DNA of 64,000 bases from Marsupella aquatica. Its lineage: Eukaryota; Plantae; Marchantiophyta. This document shows, in pieces, positions 47,856 through 61,717 of the stretch. The DNA is taken from contig OZ316891.1 of NCBI GenBank assembly GCA_973895155.1, forward strand, positions 25,915,899 to 25,979,898, given 5' to 3'. A program made the position numbers and the translations under genes. The stretch's first letter is position 1. Every line of letters begins with the position of its first letter. Below the pieces are notes generated by a model. The model searched no databases, was not told where the DNA came from, and worked only from the letters and a program-made list of their open reading frames with translations.

Positions 47856-50759
47856 CTATTGTACATATCGTTGCTTCAATCTCCACTCAGTCCTTCCCCG
47901 CACTATTTCTGCACCTGCACTCTGGAGTCTTAGCAAATGGGTATACTTAAGGGCCCGGCATGAACCGTGTCAGCCTCTCGAGTGTTCGGCTTGAGTGCTG
48001 CTGCATCTAAGAACAATACAAAGCACTAGGAGAGTACCGCGTCGGGGCTTGTTAGTGATTGCACAATGTCTGAAGCGCTGCACTCCCTCTTGTACTCCAA
48101 TACCATGTCTGTCAACTCGTGCGCAACGGAGAGTGATTGAGGACCACTCTGCTCAACAAAATTCATCCGATAGCATCGTCAATCAGTGGTCGCCCGAGTC
48201 TAGTTAAAGCTTACAACTCGAGTCAAAGGGCCGTAGGACTTGCTCGCTAGTTTGAAGGTGAAGAAGAATTAATTGATTTGCAACATTTAGAACTTGATCA
48301 GTTTCAGAAGTATCCCAAATCAACAGTTCTCACTATTGCATCATTCGGAGTAGCGACAGCCAATGCAATTGCCCAGAACTCACCGAAGAAGTCAGAATTT
48401 AGATAAGAAGCTCACCTCACGTGCCCACCCAATATATTTCACGTTGTTGGCATGCCGATTCATGTCCATGTCATTGATGCGTGGCTGTAGCAAATAGGTA
48501 ACAATTCAATATTGATTTACAAAAGCAGAACGCATATAATGAAAATTATTTTGACAGAATCTGTCACAGAGAGAAGTTTCCATTTAGTTACAGTAGCCTG
48601 TGATGCAACAAAATTTTAAATCACTGCTCAATTTTAACAGGATTATACATCAAACTGATAGAGAATTTATTAGAGAACGACTCCTGAATTATGCAATCTC
48701 TGCGTACCACGAGGTCGGACCGTATGTTATCTGCATTATCGCCCAATTTTCTCATCCTGTGCTGGGAGGATTCGTCCTTGATTGTCCACCGATCCAGAGG
48801 TAGGGCGAGATCTCACTTCGCACGTCGTCAGGCATCCTTGACAAGCGGCGGATATCTTGATTCATGGTAACCAATGTGCTGCGAGTACCACAGGCAAATT
48901 GTTTTTAAAACAACCTCAGACCAATTCCTCTTCATCACAAGAACTTTCTGCAGATTTAACTTGTGCATAAAACCTCGTAATCAAACCATACATCTGGATA
49001 GTCCGACAGTACTCTACAGTGGGGAAATAGTAAAAATCTTTCAGTGTCAAAGGTCACCAGTCTGTGAAACATTGGATTCGACCCGGGACAGGTAAACTCG
49101 GCCGAACAATTGTTTTGGACGCGCCAGGCTTCTTGTAATATTATTACTGTAGACGTGGGAAACCGGATCTGTGACGCGAGTCACTGACAGAGCAGAACCG
49201 ACGTAGTCCCGTACGAAGTTGTGACTATTCGAACGGATTGAACAATATTAAAAAAAAAAGCTGAGTGATCAACCTCGTTGCACGAGCAAATATCTCTCCA
49301 GTGTTTCAGTCAGTCGCCAGCCAGTCCTGTCTCATCCTTCACCAGCAACCCAAGTATCAATCTCCACTTTGTCTCCCCTGTAAACACGACCGGTATCTCG
49401 AATGGATCAGAGATTACCACAGAGGATTGAAATTTAGTCAAGCAACACACTCGAAACCCAAAAACCTTGAACTCCGTCACACCTGGAGGGAATACAATAA
49501 TGAAGGTGGAAGTTCAAATTACCAAATCGGGTAACGCTCCACTTGCATTTGCATCCTGGTGACAACCCAGATGAGATGGTGCCTCATCATTGCGTGAGTG
49601 GTGCCCAAACCATCTCCACAGAAATCGGTCATCCCAACGTGATTAAGGGCACATTCCTGAAAACATAGTAAACATTGACGCTTAAAAATTTAATCCACTC
49701 ATTGCGCCAAGAACCTGAAATTGTGGAAATCTTTGATTCTCCCTGTACCTTGCACTTCCAAGAGCTTTACGTCAATCTGTATTGTCGTGAGAGTAGCTCC
49801 ACCTTGCGGGATTTAAGGGAGCGTTCTCTCTTTGTTTATAGTGTTTACTGACGCTCCTTCTGTTACGGCTGTTGATTTTGTGACGGCAGTTAATTTAGTA
49901 CTTTCATTGTTTCTTGCCAGCGCTGCCTCTTGGCTTCAGAATCTGTATTTACTTTGGGCTCCCCACTTGGGCCCTCATTCTTCTTAGATCAATCAATCAA
50001 CTACTCAAAAGTTTATAGAAAGAGGGTGGTAGACGGAATGGGACCGTAGTATCACTCACCGGAGTTGAATAGCAGTAAGGGAGTACTCATTCATGAGCTA
50101 ATTCTTGCGCGTGCCAATTTTGTTCTTATTAGAGGCCCTCCAAAGAAATCATGCGATTTTGGCGACACCATACCGTTTCCATAATGCGAAGCCAAAGGAG
50201 ATCGAAATTATGGCTAACCTGAAAAAGATTGGACAGTGTTTCGATTGTTGCTGTCTGATCGAATCCAACTTCGTAGGAGCGAATGATAAACATCTGTCGG
50301 TACAAAAAGTCATTTTATACCAGCTTGCCCTCGCCAATCCTCTCCAACTGTGCCTTGCCTTCCTTTTCGTCCTTCTCACGCTTGTCCATCTCCGAAATCG
50401 CTGCTGCCAAAGCGGCTTTAGCCTGGTTCTGAAACGCGGGGGATGACTCGAAGTGGAGGTTCGACGGCAAGTCTAAAGTAACCTTTGTCCCGTTCACTTT
50501 ATAGGGGACAGATCCTTTCACACTGACCAACTCCCTGGCCACTACTCGGACAGCTACTTCAGATTTGCTGGCATGGCACTGCAACTTCAGTCCCCTGAGT
50601 GGCCCCCGGGCTATATATCACCAAGTCCAGAGCCTCACCGTGTGAGAAAGCGTACGAAGAAGTTGTACGTAGCTTCGTTGACGTGACCTCCGATGATCCT
50701 GGACATGGTCGGACCGATGTAGATGCCAGAGCAGCAGAAGCTACTCTTGTGGCTTCCAT
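47856..50759 (-). pseudogene. Acyl-ACP thioesterase (FatB-like) pseudogene, multi-exon
   Basis: Exons encode GKLV*NDFLYRQMFIIRSYEVGFDQTATIETL, ECALNHVG..GDGLG..LIWVVTRMQ, GDKVEIDTWV, RRLSRMPDDVRSEI, DMDMNRHANNVKYIGW, LEYKREC and HLLRLQ..EIVRGRTEWR. Premature TAA at 50315-50317 plus further stops and frameshifts. Confidence 0.88.
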
Positions 50760-52551
50760 CTCACTAAAACTTAATGGGCCTTGAAGACCGTCTTCAACCA
50801 CCGAGAGGTCCCTTGTTTGCGAGCTTGTCGGACGAGGATTGCAGATTAAACCACTCTTTAAGTGCTTGAACCACAATTGTTAACTAGTACCTAGAATTGA
50901 GCTTTTCAAGACACGTTAGTATTTTGATCTGTAGAACAGTGCATACGAGTGTCGCTTCAATTCAGCTATGGCAAAAGCAGATTCTGTTTAGAGCTAAGAT
51001 CCTAACGAAAAGGCCGATGTCAGGCCAAATTTTGTAAAAACAGCTGCCTCCTGGGTGATAATTGTGATCAAAGCCCAAACACAGTTCGATCTTCGTCAAT
51101 TCCGAACGTGCAGGCGCCAATGGAAATGCAGAGATGGAGAGAGGCACTCCTTCAATAAACAAATGCCGCACATCGGTCTCAAGGTCTCGATCTAGGGCGG
51201 GTTGGGTGGATGGGAATGTAATTTGTCAACCCAATTAATCGACCCGCAAACCGTTCGTCAGCAATGAGGGACTAGCTACATTGAGGAGGACTGAGGGAGG
51301 ACCTCAGAGTGCGGTTGGAGGTAGCCTCTGACTGCCAACATTAGAAGAGCTCGAGAGCAGCTTATGCTGTAGAGCTACGCCAAATAAAGGCAGTGGGGAA
51401 GAAAAACTGAGGGCTTGCAGGCATCGCCGGCCACCGAACAGGAGTCAGTGCTGGAGTGTCGAGCTTCACTACGGAATCCGCGGGCACAATTCAAAGATAA
51501 GAAAGAACGAGCAAAGCGAATCGGTGGTTTGGCAGCATCAGAAGCCTCGACAATAATTCCATTCTCCTCTAGCTTGGCCATCCTGGACTGTACACAGATG
51601 TCCTCTACTCTCTTCCTCTACTCTAGAATCTTCCGCTCTCCGCCTCTTGTCAAGCTCGATTATAGATCGTATAACTGCAGTCCATTTATAGTTTTATGGC
51701 CCTGTTCAACTTCGACCAAATGAATGTTCTTTGAAGTATGATGAACCATAAAAGCTTGAATAGAAAACAGTTTTTTTTTTTTGCCTGGGAAAAACCAATT
51801 GAATAATAGAAACAATCTTGAATGGAAACTTGAAGTGGGATGTCCGATTGTTCAATTTTGGGTCCTGCCAACATAGACTTTGCAAAATGCTCGGACGATT
51901 TGACGATTTTTGGGCCGGTCTGCATGATTGACTGCGTACAGACGCTAGCTCAAAGAAATATCGATCGACCAAGTTATGACATGAATTGCACCATAAACGT
52001 TCCCATTCCATGCCGGAGCTTCGAATCCTCAGTTCCCAACGAATGCTCACATTCAAGCTCCACTAGGGGGTTTCAAACCTCCAAATTGTATGGATCTTTA
52101 CTGAGTTAATGTGGCTGACCGAAAAAGTTATGGGGCTCCTTTTTGCCATAAAGACTGGTCATAGTTATGGACTACTTTTGGCCATGAAGACTAATCATAT
52201 TGTAAGACCATAACATCTACTGGCTATTGAAAAGAAAGAAAACGTTTACGTAACCCTATGTAAATGTGATGGCAATTTATTTATGGTCACAAGCCAGCAC
52301 GAGGAATCCCACCCTAAACCCTTTCTATGACAGAAATACTTTAACTTATTCAAAATTAAAGAAATTTAGAGTTATCCTATCTAGAAAGTAATATTTATAT
52401 TGTTATGGTAAGGTGTATTTGAATTAAAGAAAGTGTTTACTTGCCTTTGGTGAGAGATAAAGCTAGTGAAATGAGGGATAGATTCTGATCAATGGGGTAT
52501 TTGGATAGGTGAGAACTAAAAAAAATGGCTCAATTTTTCCAGCCTGACTTA

Positions 52552-54899
52552 GAGCATCTCCACCTGTTACTGGGTTGGTGGGCAACCAGTAAGGTTTAAT
52601 GCGATGTTGACCAAACCCAATAAGGTTTAACAAAAAAGGCAACCCCAATGGGTTACTCTAACGCTATTCATTTCTGACCATGATGGTTTATTTGGTTAGT
52701 GAATCTATATATGAGCTACTATATAGCATGTTCATTCTGGGAAATGTCTCAGTTTTTTTTGTCTTGTAGTGATATGTAATTCATTTAATTTATTTTATGA
52801 TAAAAAAGTAGATACATGTAAAATGTATGCCAATAAATTAATATATGTTAATTAAGAGTGAGTGACATAACACACAACACCATAACTAAACATGTCCATA
52901 AGATCACATTATGACAAGGAAAGTACAAAGTTACTAAAGAGTTGTGCATATACAGTATAACTTCACTTGCTTCTAGGTAATGACATTCAACTCCATTAAA
53001 ACCATAAAATTTGTAAAGTAATCCATGAGGGGGAACTAAGCACACCAGATGTGCATATAGTTCAAATTCATTTCTCTCACTCTCATGATAGAGAAAAAAG
53101 AGAATTCACTAAGGAGTGATTGAAAAGGAAGGATTAAACCTTGATGAGGGGAGCCAAATACATTCAAAATACTCTAAGCTCACTAAAATTAAGAGGGGTC
53201 CAAAAATTAATTCAAAATGAAATTAGTACAAATGATTCACCTTGTTAAGGCAAATTAAAATTAAAATATGAATGAGACAAAATCTGAAAGGTGGATTCAC
53301 CACATAGCATCCTCATGATATAGTGCATTGATAGAATTAAGGATTCATTCTTGGGTTCTCCAAGATCCAATGATTAGCATCCAAGGGTATATATATATAT
53401 AATAAGGGATCCCGCCTTTTTTCATCCTTGGTCACCATACAAAAAAGCTTCTGGGCGGTAAAGATCCACAGCCGTTGGATTTGATTAGCTGTTTTTTTTC
53501 ACCATTGATGAGAAAAATGTACACCCCTATCACGTATTTGCTTCCCGCTGCCCCGTAATGCCCCCAGCCAATCCCTATGGGCATGCCCTTCCTTGCATAG
53601 TGCAAAGCATTGGCATAGGGCTTATATATATATGTTAGGAGATACTAAAAAATGCAATAACCTTCTTTCAGGAGTTTTTGACCCTCTCCGTCTTCAGGCT
53701 AACCATGTTGAGCGTATGCACACTTTCATCCTTTCTAGCATCCTCACCGAGGCACCTGAAATGGACAGAACTCGAATTCTTTCTTCTGGAGGGAAAGGTG
53801 CTGGAGGGTGGCTTCAGGCCAATCTGACCATCCCTCATCTATGGATGTCTTCAGATGAGTTCTCCACCGCCATTCGTCTCCGTCTTGGGCTATCTCACCT
53901 TCTTCTTGTTGGCCTACCCACTTCTTGCACATGTGGGAAGCTTTGTGATGCCACATGGGTCCATCTTCTTTGGTGCAATTTGGGAGGCGAAACCATAGTT
54001 GTTCATGATGCTGTGAGAGATGCTATTGCTCAGGTTCTCTCTGGGTCTTTGGTACACGTGCGACGGGAGGTGATGCTCGAGCTACCTGGTCCTCCCCCAC
54101 AGTGCTTGCGGGTTGATTTGACCATGGTCCGTGATCGATGGTCAACGTACTTTGGCGGATGTTGTGGTGGCAAACCCTTTGCATCAGGACCTCATTGAGA
54201 TAGTGACGACAATGGTAGGGTCAGCGGCATCCCGGGCGGCCTCAACAAAGGAGGCAAAATATGCTGCTCGAGCTTCATCTGATACCTTTCTCCCCCTAGC
54301 TGTTGAGATCTTTGGACGTCTTCATCATCAATTTGATGGCCTTCTTTGACAGGCTACTTGTGATATTCACGGATGAATGAACCCCCACTATCCATCTTGA
54401 CCACACACTTTTGTCAGCACATTTCAGTGGCCTTACAGCATGCCCAAGCTCGAGCCATTTATCGTCGATCCCTCACAGTATGTGGGCACCACTGTGCCCC
54501 CGCAGACGCTAGCCTGCCTAGAGGACATTCATGTCCCACTTGTTGATTTGGTTAGGACATTGGATGTCACCCATTAGCTCTTGTCACATATTCCAATGTA
54601 GACACTAGTCATTGAGTTTGCTGTCATGTAGTGTTTGACACTTTTTTTTTTTTTGGTTGGGTTTACACTTGCTTTTCTTTTCTTTAGTTAGGTGTTTGTA
54701 CTCTTTGGAACTCTTTCTCTTTCCTTTCCTTTCATTATACTTTGTTTTTCCCTAATTTATAAATTCTGATGCGCATTTTCTCTATTGGGCTTGCTTTTTG
54801 ACATATCATCTGCGTATAGAGCAACCTAAAAAAAAAGAACCTTTTATGCTATACTTCATGTATACAATAAGGAAATAGCGTACAGCATTGGAGATGCTC
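52552..54899. mobile_element. PIF/Harbinger (Tourist-like) non-autonomous element with a nested insertion
   Basis: TIR GAGCATCTCCA...TGGAGATGCTC with TTA TSDs at 52549-52551 and 54900-54902. Confidence 0.82.
53640..54660 (+). mobile_element. 5'-truncated non-LTR retrotransposon C-terminus (zinc knuckle and restriction-like endonuclease; CRE-like)
   Basis: AGGWL...FSTAIRLRLGL...CTCG...HLLWC..GG...HDAVRD...RVD / ADVVVANP...KEAKY...FLPLAVEIFG across a frameshift. Boundaries approximate. Confidence 0.75.
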
Positions 54900-56368
54900 T
54901 TAGTGAAGTTGTACTTAAAAAATACAGTGCCCCACATGTTTTTGTTATTTAGGCATTTTGGTGGCCTCTCCACTTTGGGAAAAGAAGTCTATTCCTTTGA
55001 GAGATAAAGCTCTGGCCACATTGGCTCCTCTGATCCACACGTTTCTCATTTCTTTTGGGCCTTTGGGTGGCCTTTGCACTCTTCCTCCATTTGATGAATA
55101 AACTTATGGCCACCTTTTGGACTTTGCCTGATTTTTTAGTTTTATTGTCAGTTTATTTACTTATTCCACCCCTTAGCTGTGAATGAGATGATGACCTTGT
55201 CATTTAATCATTGCACCGCTCAGCCGTGAATGTGACGATGACCTTTCAAAGTAGATTATTGTTCTTTTAATCTGCCCTCGATCTGGCCACCTTTGAGATT
55301 GATTCTTATTAAATTTGCATTCTATATTTTTTTAAATTTTGGATGACAACTTTTCATCGTGCAGGTTATTCTTTTAATCTACCCCTGCACTGCTCTTCGA
55401 TTCTCGTAGGTCTGCTCTATTTTAGAGAACATACTACAAACTCAACACACTGAGATCTCAACCTCTGACCACATCTGAGCCATTGTGAGTTGTTAGCACT
55501 AGGCTACAACTGAGATCTTTTTGGCAGGCTGAGGGGTTTTCCTCTTTAATTAAATAGACACAAAGCCATTATAGACACAAAGCCATTATAGACACAAAGT
55601 GCTTGACTGGACTCACAGAATTTATTACACACAAACCCAAATATCTTTGTGAAATAAGAACACCAGGTTTTGCTCATTTACAAGAACTTGATTTTACGTT
55701 ATTCTGAGATCAACACGATGGATATTTGGTCAGAGTGCTTTGCTCTTGTTTTTTTAGACTATTCTGAGTGTGTGCATGTTTACAAGCCTTCAAAACGACC
55801 TTTGTTTGTTTTGAAGGACAGTTATGGCAGAGAAGTTTAAATTCTCAAGCATGTAGAGTTCAAAGTTGCAAATGACAATCACCCTCCCAACCGGCTACAT
55901 TGCAAACCCTAAGCCACTAGACTACTGCTTTTACAGGAAAGAGTTACAAATGTTTTCATAACATTGATCCCATACTTCTGTAAAGAACTTAATTAATTCC
56001 TCTCGACAATACAGTTTCATTTCACTACATTAATTGGGTCTATGTGTCTTGTACAATACATTGACTCATGAGAATCTTAACTTGAGTAAGGCCATCTTTG
56101 AGTCAGTGTCAGTAATATTGTACTGGATATACATAGACGCCCACCAAATGTAGAGGAAATGAAGTGTGGCCTTCGAACAACATGGAAGAGTGATGGATTC
56201 AGACCCATTCAAGGAGATCTATAAGCTAGGGCTTGACAAGTTTTTAATAAATGGCAAAGAATACACCCTGGCTAGTAATTGGTGTCCTTTGTTCTAGAAA
56301 TCTATGTGTCCTCTTTGATCTTTATCCACTGGTATCCATATTGGATGTTTTCTAAAATATTTATCTAG

Positions 56369-59300
56369 GATCCAAGACTGTTGTTGGAAATCATGGATGT
56401 GTTTGAAAGCCCCCGAGATGTTTTCTTTGACATGACTGAATCCTCCTTTGGACCTAGTGAACTCGGGGTTCCATTGCTCAGAGAAACTGAGGTTGGTTTC
56501 AGTCTTGCTTATGTCCCTATCCAAAACAAGTCATTGATTTACTTGTCTGCCCAATTGAAATGACACAGATCAAAGCTACAAAGAGCTTGAAATTGAACTA
56601 AATAAATGTACATTCATCTATGATTTGATCTCTTCAGTCAACGATGATTGTTCCATTTTTTGTCTCCACTTTCAATGCTTAGAAATTACTTGGGCATGCA
56701 GGACAAAAACACTTTGGAGCAACTGAAACTGATGCTTAAGGAGCCCACACCAAAGTTACTAGAGACACACCAACTGTTACCCCTGTTAGAGAAACTCAAG
56801 ATTTTGTCTCGGAAACATCAAGCCCGAGTTTTGATAGGCCATGATGGGATAACCACAGTGATAAATCATTTAAAAAACTCAAAAGCTATCACAAAAGTTG
56901 TTGCAGAGGGGTCCAACGTGATACTCAATATGTGCTATGAGAAGGACAATGTTTGCCAAGTTTTAGAGTGTGGTGGTGCTTCTTTGCTGGTCGAGCTCAC
57001 TTACCATCCACAACTAAAGTTCCAAAACTCTACAAGCAGTATAAACTTACATATACTTCACCTCAAATTCTGAACAATGTAGTTGTGAAGACTTCTAGTG
57101 CCTCCATCCAGGCTTAATCAAAATTTGTTGTTGTACTTGTAGACCTTTCTCTTCAGTTTATAATCTGAGTAATAACTCCTTGAAGTTGTAGAGTTTGCCA
57201 AATGAATGTATATGAGCTCCTCAGTAATGAATATATATACTCTAATCCAATGTCACATCTACATGTACTAGGAGAAACTGAAATAAATTTAATTTAAATA
57301 AGGTTATGAAGGAGAATGCCCCCATTGAAGTTTCAAAAATTGGGTATAATAACTTGGCATAGCTGAATCCATGTCCTATAATGAAATCCAACATTCTATT
57401 AAGTCTTTCTTTCCAAATACATCATAGTGACTAACATAAATTCAAAAGTGCATCTTAAAGGCTTCTCAGTTACATTTCATGATTCTGGGTCCACTGTGAT
57501 ATAGGTTGAGTTTCTTGCATCAAGTGATGAAGAACTTCAGGCTAATGCAGCTGGTGCACTCCAAAGTATATGCTATCAACCAGAAGGGCGACATGTTGTT
57601 CGAAATCTAGGAGCAATCCCACTACTTGTGAAACTTCTTGATGTTCAATCTGTTCATGTAAGCTTTCCAGTATTTTTTTTCTATTTTCCAGCACTTAATA
57701 ATCCACGAGAGCTTTATTTGTTTGCGGTGATACAATGTTATGCAAGCGTGGTTACTAGACAGCTGCTATATGTAGTTAATACCAAATGTTGCAAAGATTT
57801 GAATACTAACATAGACATTCTTTATTCTATCTGTGAAATCAATGCCACTCACACTGTTTGTTGTACAATTATTATTTATTAATTGTGGGGCAAGTTGATA
57901 ATATCAGACAATTAGGAAAATGCTAGATACAACCCTGGGTAAGAGCAAACACTGTAAACAAGCTAGTGTAAACACACACTAAAAAACCAAAAGAAGTTAT
58001 ATACATAATACGACAAATTGTTAGAGAGAAATATGGGAGGAAATGTGTATTGAAATGGATAAGTGTTTTGTCAGAGGATCCAGTAAATTAACCATGATCA
58101 AGAGTATTTTTGTATCCAAAGTATGGTGTGAAAGAGTTATGATTTGTGTCAATCTTGTACTGCTAGTGGGTTGTAAACTAATTCTAACATATTATTTGGC
58201 TTACAAACACAACATTATAAATTTGCTAGTGAGAATGCATATTTGAATGCTCAGGTGAAGGCTAGGGCAGTAGGAGCTTTGCATAATATAAGCTCAGATG
58301 TTGATGCAATTCGAATCATCCGTCGAAAAGGTGGTACTACATCACTAGTGACAATGCTACAAGGTAGCCACCCACTGGTATGTGGCTCTGCAGCTGGGGC
58401 CCTGCAAAATATTTCAAGGGAGGTTGCAAGCAGAACATTGATTCGTGAGAGTAAAGCACTACCTTTGTTGGTCGGCTTGTTGGCAAATGCAGAAGTACAA
58501 GTCAGAGTGAGTATCTTGTTACACCACTGGCATAAGATGATATATATTCCACATGAATAAATCAAAATCCTATGTCAGGCTCGAAAGAAATAACTGAGTT
58601 TGAAGTGAGTTTTTGGGGGTGGTTTGGGGAATGATTGGGAAGCAAGCTACAGAAGACCTTCATTGGAAGCTTAATTATAAGGTCTACACAGGAATTTAGT
58701 TTATTTGATTCTACCATGACTTTTACAATAACACATGGAACTAGGCCATAACCTTCACCTAGAAAATCTAATATCTCCACATAATTAAATTTCACATAAT
58801 TGTTTTATCATCCAATTTTGTCCATACCCAGATCTTAAGATAAACATTCCAATTTTGTCCGTACTTAGATCTAAAGTTAAACCATAAAGCTTATAATATT
58901 CCTACATTCTAGCTGTCAGTGTGATTCGTTGTGATTATACCTTAATCAGAGGAAGGCTAATTCGTGAAGTTCATAAATTGTTGACTTCATTCACGATTGT
59001 CATTTCCAATCACCTTTGGGTGCCTGTGCAGCTACAAAATTGTAGGCACTTAATGGTATCCAGCATATTAATTTTAAAGCATAGGGAGTAAAATAAGGTG
59101 TTTACAATACAAAATTAGAGAATACCATCTCATTTTACTTAGGCCAAGATGGCATAAGGTGTCCTAAAAAGCACACTAAGTAACTAACAGGAAGTTAACC
59201 CTGAGGTTAACCCCAGGGCTGAACTAATCACCAAACTTGTCTTTTCCCTGTTATAGTTCTTGGACTGCCTCTTTTCTGGAGAAGTCCTTTTCCTACTAGT

Positions 59301-59615
59301 GGTTTTTTGTTATTAAAACTCTGAATTGCATGGTTATATAAATTTGAAGTGATTCTTTTGTCTTAACAGGTATGTGCAGTTGGAGCATTGCTGAATGTGT
59401 TGGGCCCAGAAATGAATAGAAGTGGTCGCATAAGTGCAACAACAGAACAGAAAAGGCGTGCCTTTATACAAACTATCACATCTATGCTTGTGGCTAGCCT
59501 TGTCTATGACACCTGTTATTCTCCACCTTTACCCCCAAAGAGCCCCCAAACAAATCAACTTGAGAAGGGTGAAGGTAGAACACACCAACACACTAACTTT
59601 CAGAATTTGTTTTAG
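56369..59615 (+). CDS. Armadillo-repeat protein, multi-exon; 5' exons unresolved
   Basis: GT-AG exons 56369-~56488, 56702-~56989, 57505-57657, 58255-58500 and 59370-59615 encode ARM repeats: QANAAGALQSI, GAIPLLVKLL, RAVGALHNIS, SAAGALQNIS, CAVGALLNV. Confidence 0.85.
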
Positions 59616-61257
59616 GCTAACCAATGTCCAAAAAGGCCGGTAGTGTACAATAACAAGTCACTTTGTGTTGCTACAATTAAACTAGCTTTTGCAATCCCCA
59701 TCTCAACTTACAGTACCATGTAAGAAACAATGAACATTGTAACCACTTGACTGGAGGTATTGTATAATGCAACCAACAGGAATTTTGTTAGCGAGGAGAG
59801 TGTTTAGGGTTTAGTGTTTTTCTATGACTTCTGAGCAAGTTTGCTAGCAAAATGAGGAGTCCCAAATGTATGTTATCAACCAGGTTGTTTGGTAGCGAGA
59901 TACGTGGATATAGAAAAATTAAAGGCCATGCATGTGAGGAAAAGTTTTGCTCATGCAAAAATCTGTTTACTGTTTCCTGGCACGCTACAATGACCCCTGT
60001 AGGGGCTTGGCAGTTTGCTCAAGTGATTGAGGGTGACTTGTGACTAGCAAGTCTCAAATTCAATCCTTTACCAGACACTTTTGTTCCATTTAAGCTTTGG
60101 TGTGACAATGGGTTCTGCTTTTGCATACCTCACGAGTTCTACTCCATACACTCTACTGAAACTGCAAAACATGCCCACTAATGAGGGTGGCTTTACAAGA
60201 CTTTGGTGACACTTTCCATTTTTTTTTTCTCTCGCCAATATGTGACATGGCCACCCATTGGGAGAAGGTGCTGCTGTTCACTTTACAAAATAAATGTTGG
60301 AGACATTTTCAACCTAACCCACTGCTGAACCTACATGGAATAGAGTGGGGCCCAATTTTTGCTTATGTTTTTGTCCCAGATTTTAGACCACCGCCAATCC
60401 GCCATTGGAGGTTTCTTGTTCTGGCCCATTCGTCCATTCTTATTTTGAGTCATTTGCCTCAAAAGTGAACCCACGTGTCCTCCATAAGATGTGCTGTTGT
60501 CAGAGCTAGAAAGACTCTAGGGAAAGGATACCGTGACAATCAGGTGGAGTGGGTCCTCAACCTGGCTTTAAATATCAAATTACTCTAGCACCGAGCACCA
60601 CTTGATGCAGTCAGCTTTACAAGATCTTGGGGGGGGGGGGGGGGCTATAAAAGTATTCCAAAAAGGGTTTTACCCCCTACAATGTATTTAGTATGTGAAG
60701 GGCCCTCCAATTTGCTTTGGTGAAAAAAGCGCTCACAAGTCACCCAGGCTTGTAAAGTCACCCTCCGGGAAGCAGGGGCTTTACACCCTGATGGAAGCCT
60801 GGGGCCAGACAGGTGTGGCCTAGTGAAACGATTCCAAGTTGACAACAATGCAGATTGAAGTGAAAAACAAGTACTTTGGGAGGAGTTTCCCATCTGTTCC
60901 CCACGGTGTAACTCGTCCCCTTGTCCAATTGCAATGATTACAGTAGCACTTGAAGACATCGCACAACATGGCCCTTTTGTGCATGGTGCAAGTGGTTTGC
61001 ACCCATGAGTCATGAGTGGCAGGTTAGAACTGGTTTATTGAAGGGATGCACTTGAATGGTGTAAAAGGAAATTTGTTTTCACTCTTTGTCCACAACTTTC
61101 ACATTTTTCCACATCCAGAATTGTTAACTGTATAATAGCAAGGGAAAACACAGTATTGTGTTCTTTTGCACGATATAGGGTACAACTCATTTGCTCCAAG
61201 CACAAATGCTTCAATCATAGCTGAAAAACAAATTTATTTCCTCTTGAAAGTGCATAT

Positions 61258-61717
61258 TGTTATGAGTCATCTAGCCCCAGACTAGACTAGAGTCACTATA
61301 CCATGGTTATACCTTAACCATACCTGTACACACATATATATAAAGCAGAACCGTGACTCCTAATCGGTATCTGGTTCATTCTCGATTCATTCTCTCTTAA
61401 CACGTTTGTAAGAAACCGTCGGCTCCGGACTAGACAGCAATGCGGAAACATGAGAGAGACTCACTCAATCAGACGCTACACCAACAAGACACCCCGAGTG
61501 GAGAAACTCCTGAAGGCTCCATAGCAAATGAGAATACATGTGAAGAATGAGGGAGAGAGTGCTCTCCCTCCAGCCTATACCCCCAAGGGGGCCAAGATGA
61601 GTGGGCCTAAATAAGCGGATCTTATCCAAATATAATCTAGGGTTAAAATTAACCCTAGTAAGGCCAAGCTAACTATGTCGGGAACTAGAGTCAATTCCTA
61701 ACAACGTTATCAGCACG
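61258..61717 (+). mobile_element. Bianca-type 5' LTR (61258-61402) and PBS, interrupted by a solo LTR
   Basis: TGTTA...TAACA 145-bp LTR. The PBS CGTTATCAGCACGA is restored when 61407-61708 is removed. Confidence 0.72.
61407..61703. mobile_element. Solo LTR (297 bp)
   Basis: TG...CA ends with a perfect 5-bp TSD ACGTT at 61402-61406 and 61704-61708. Confidence 0.85.
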
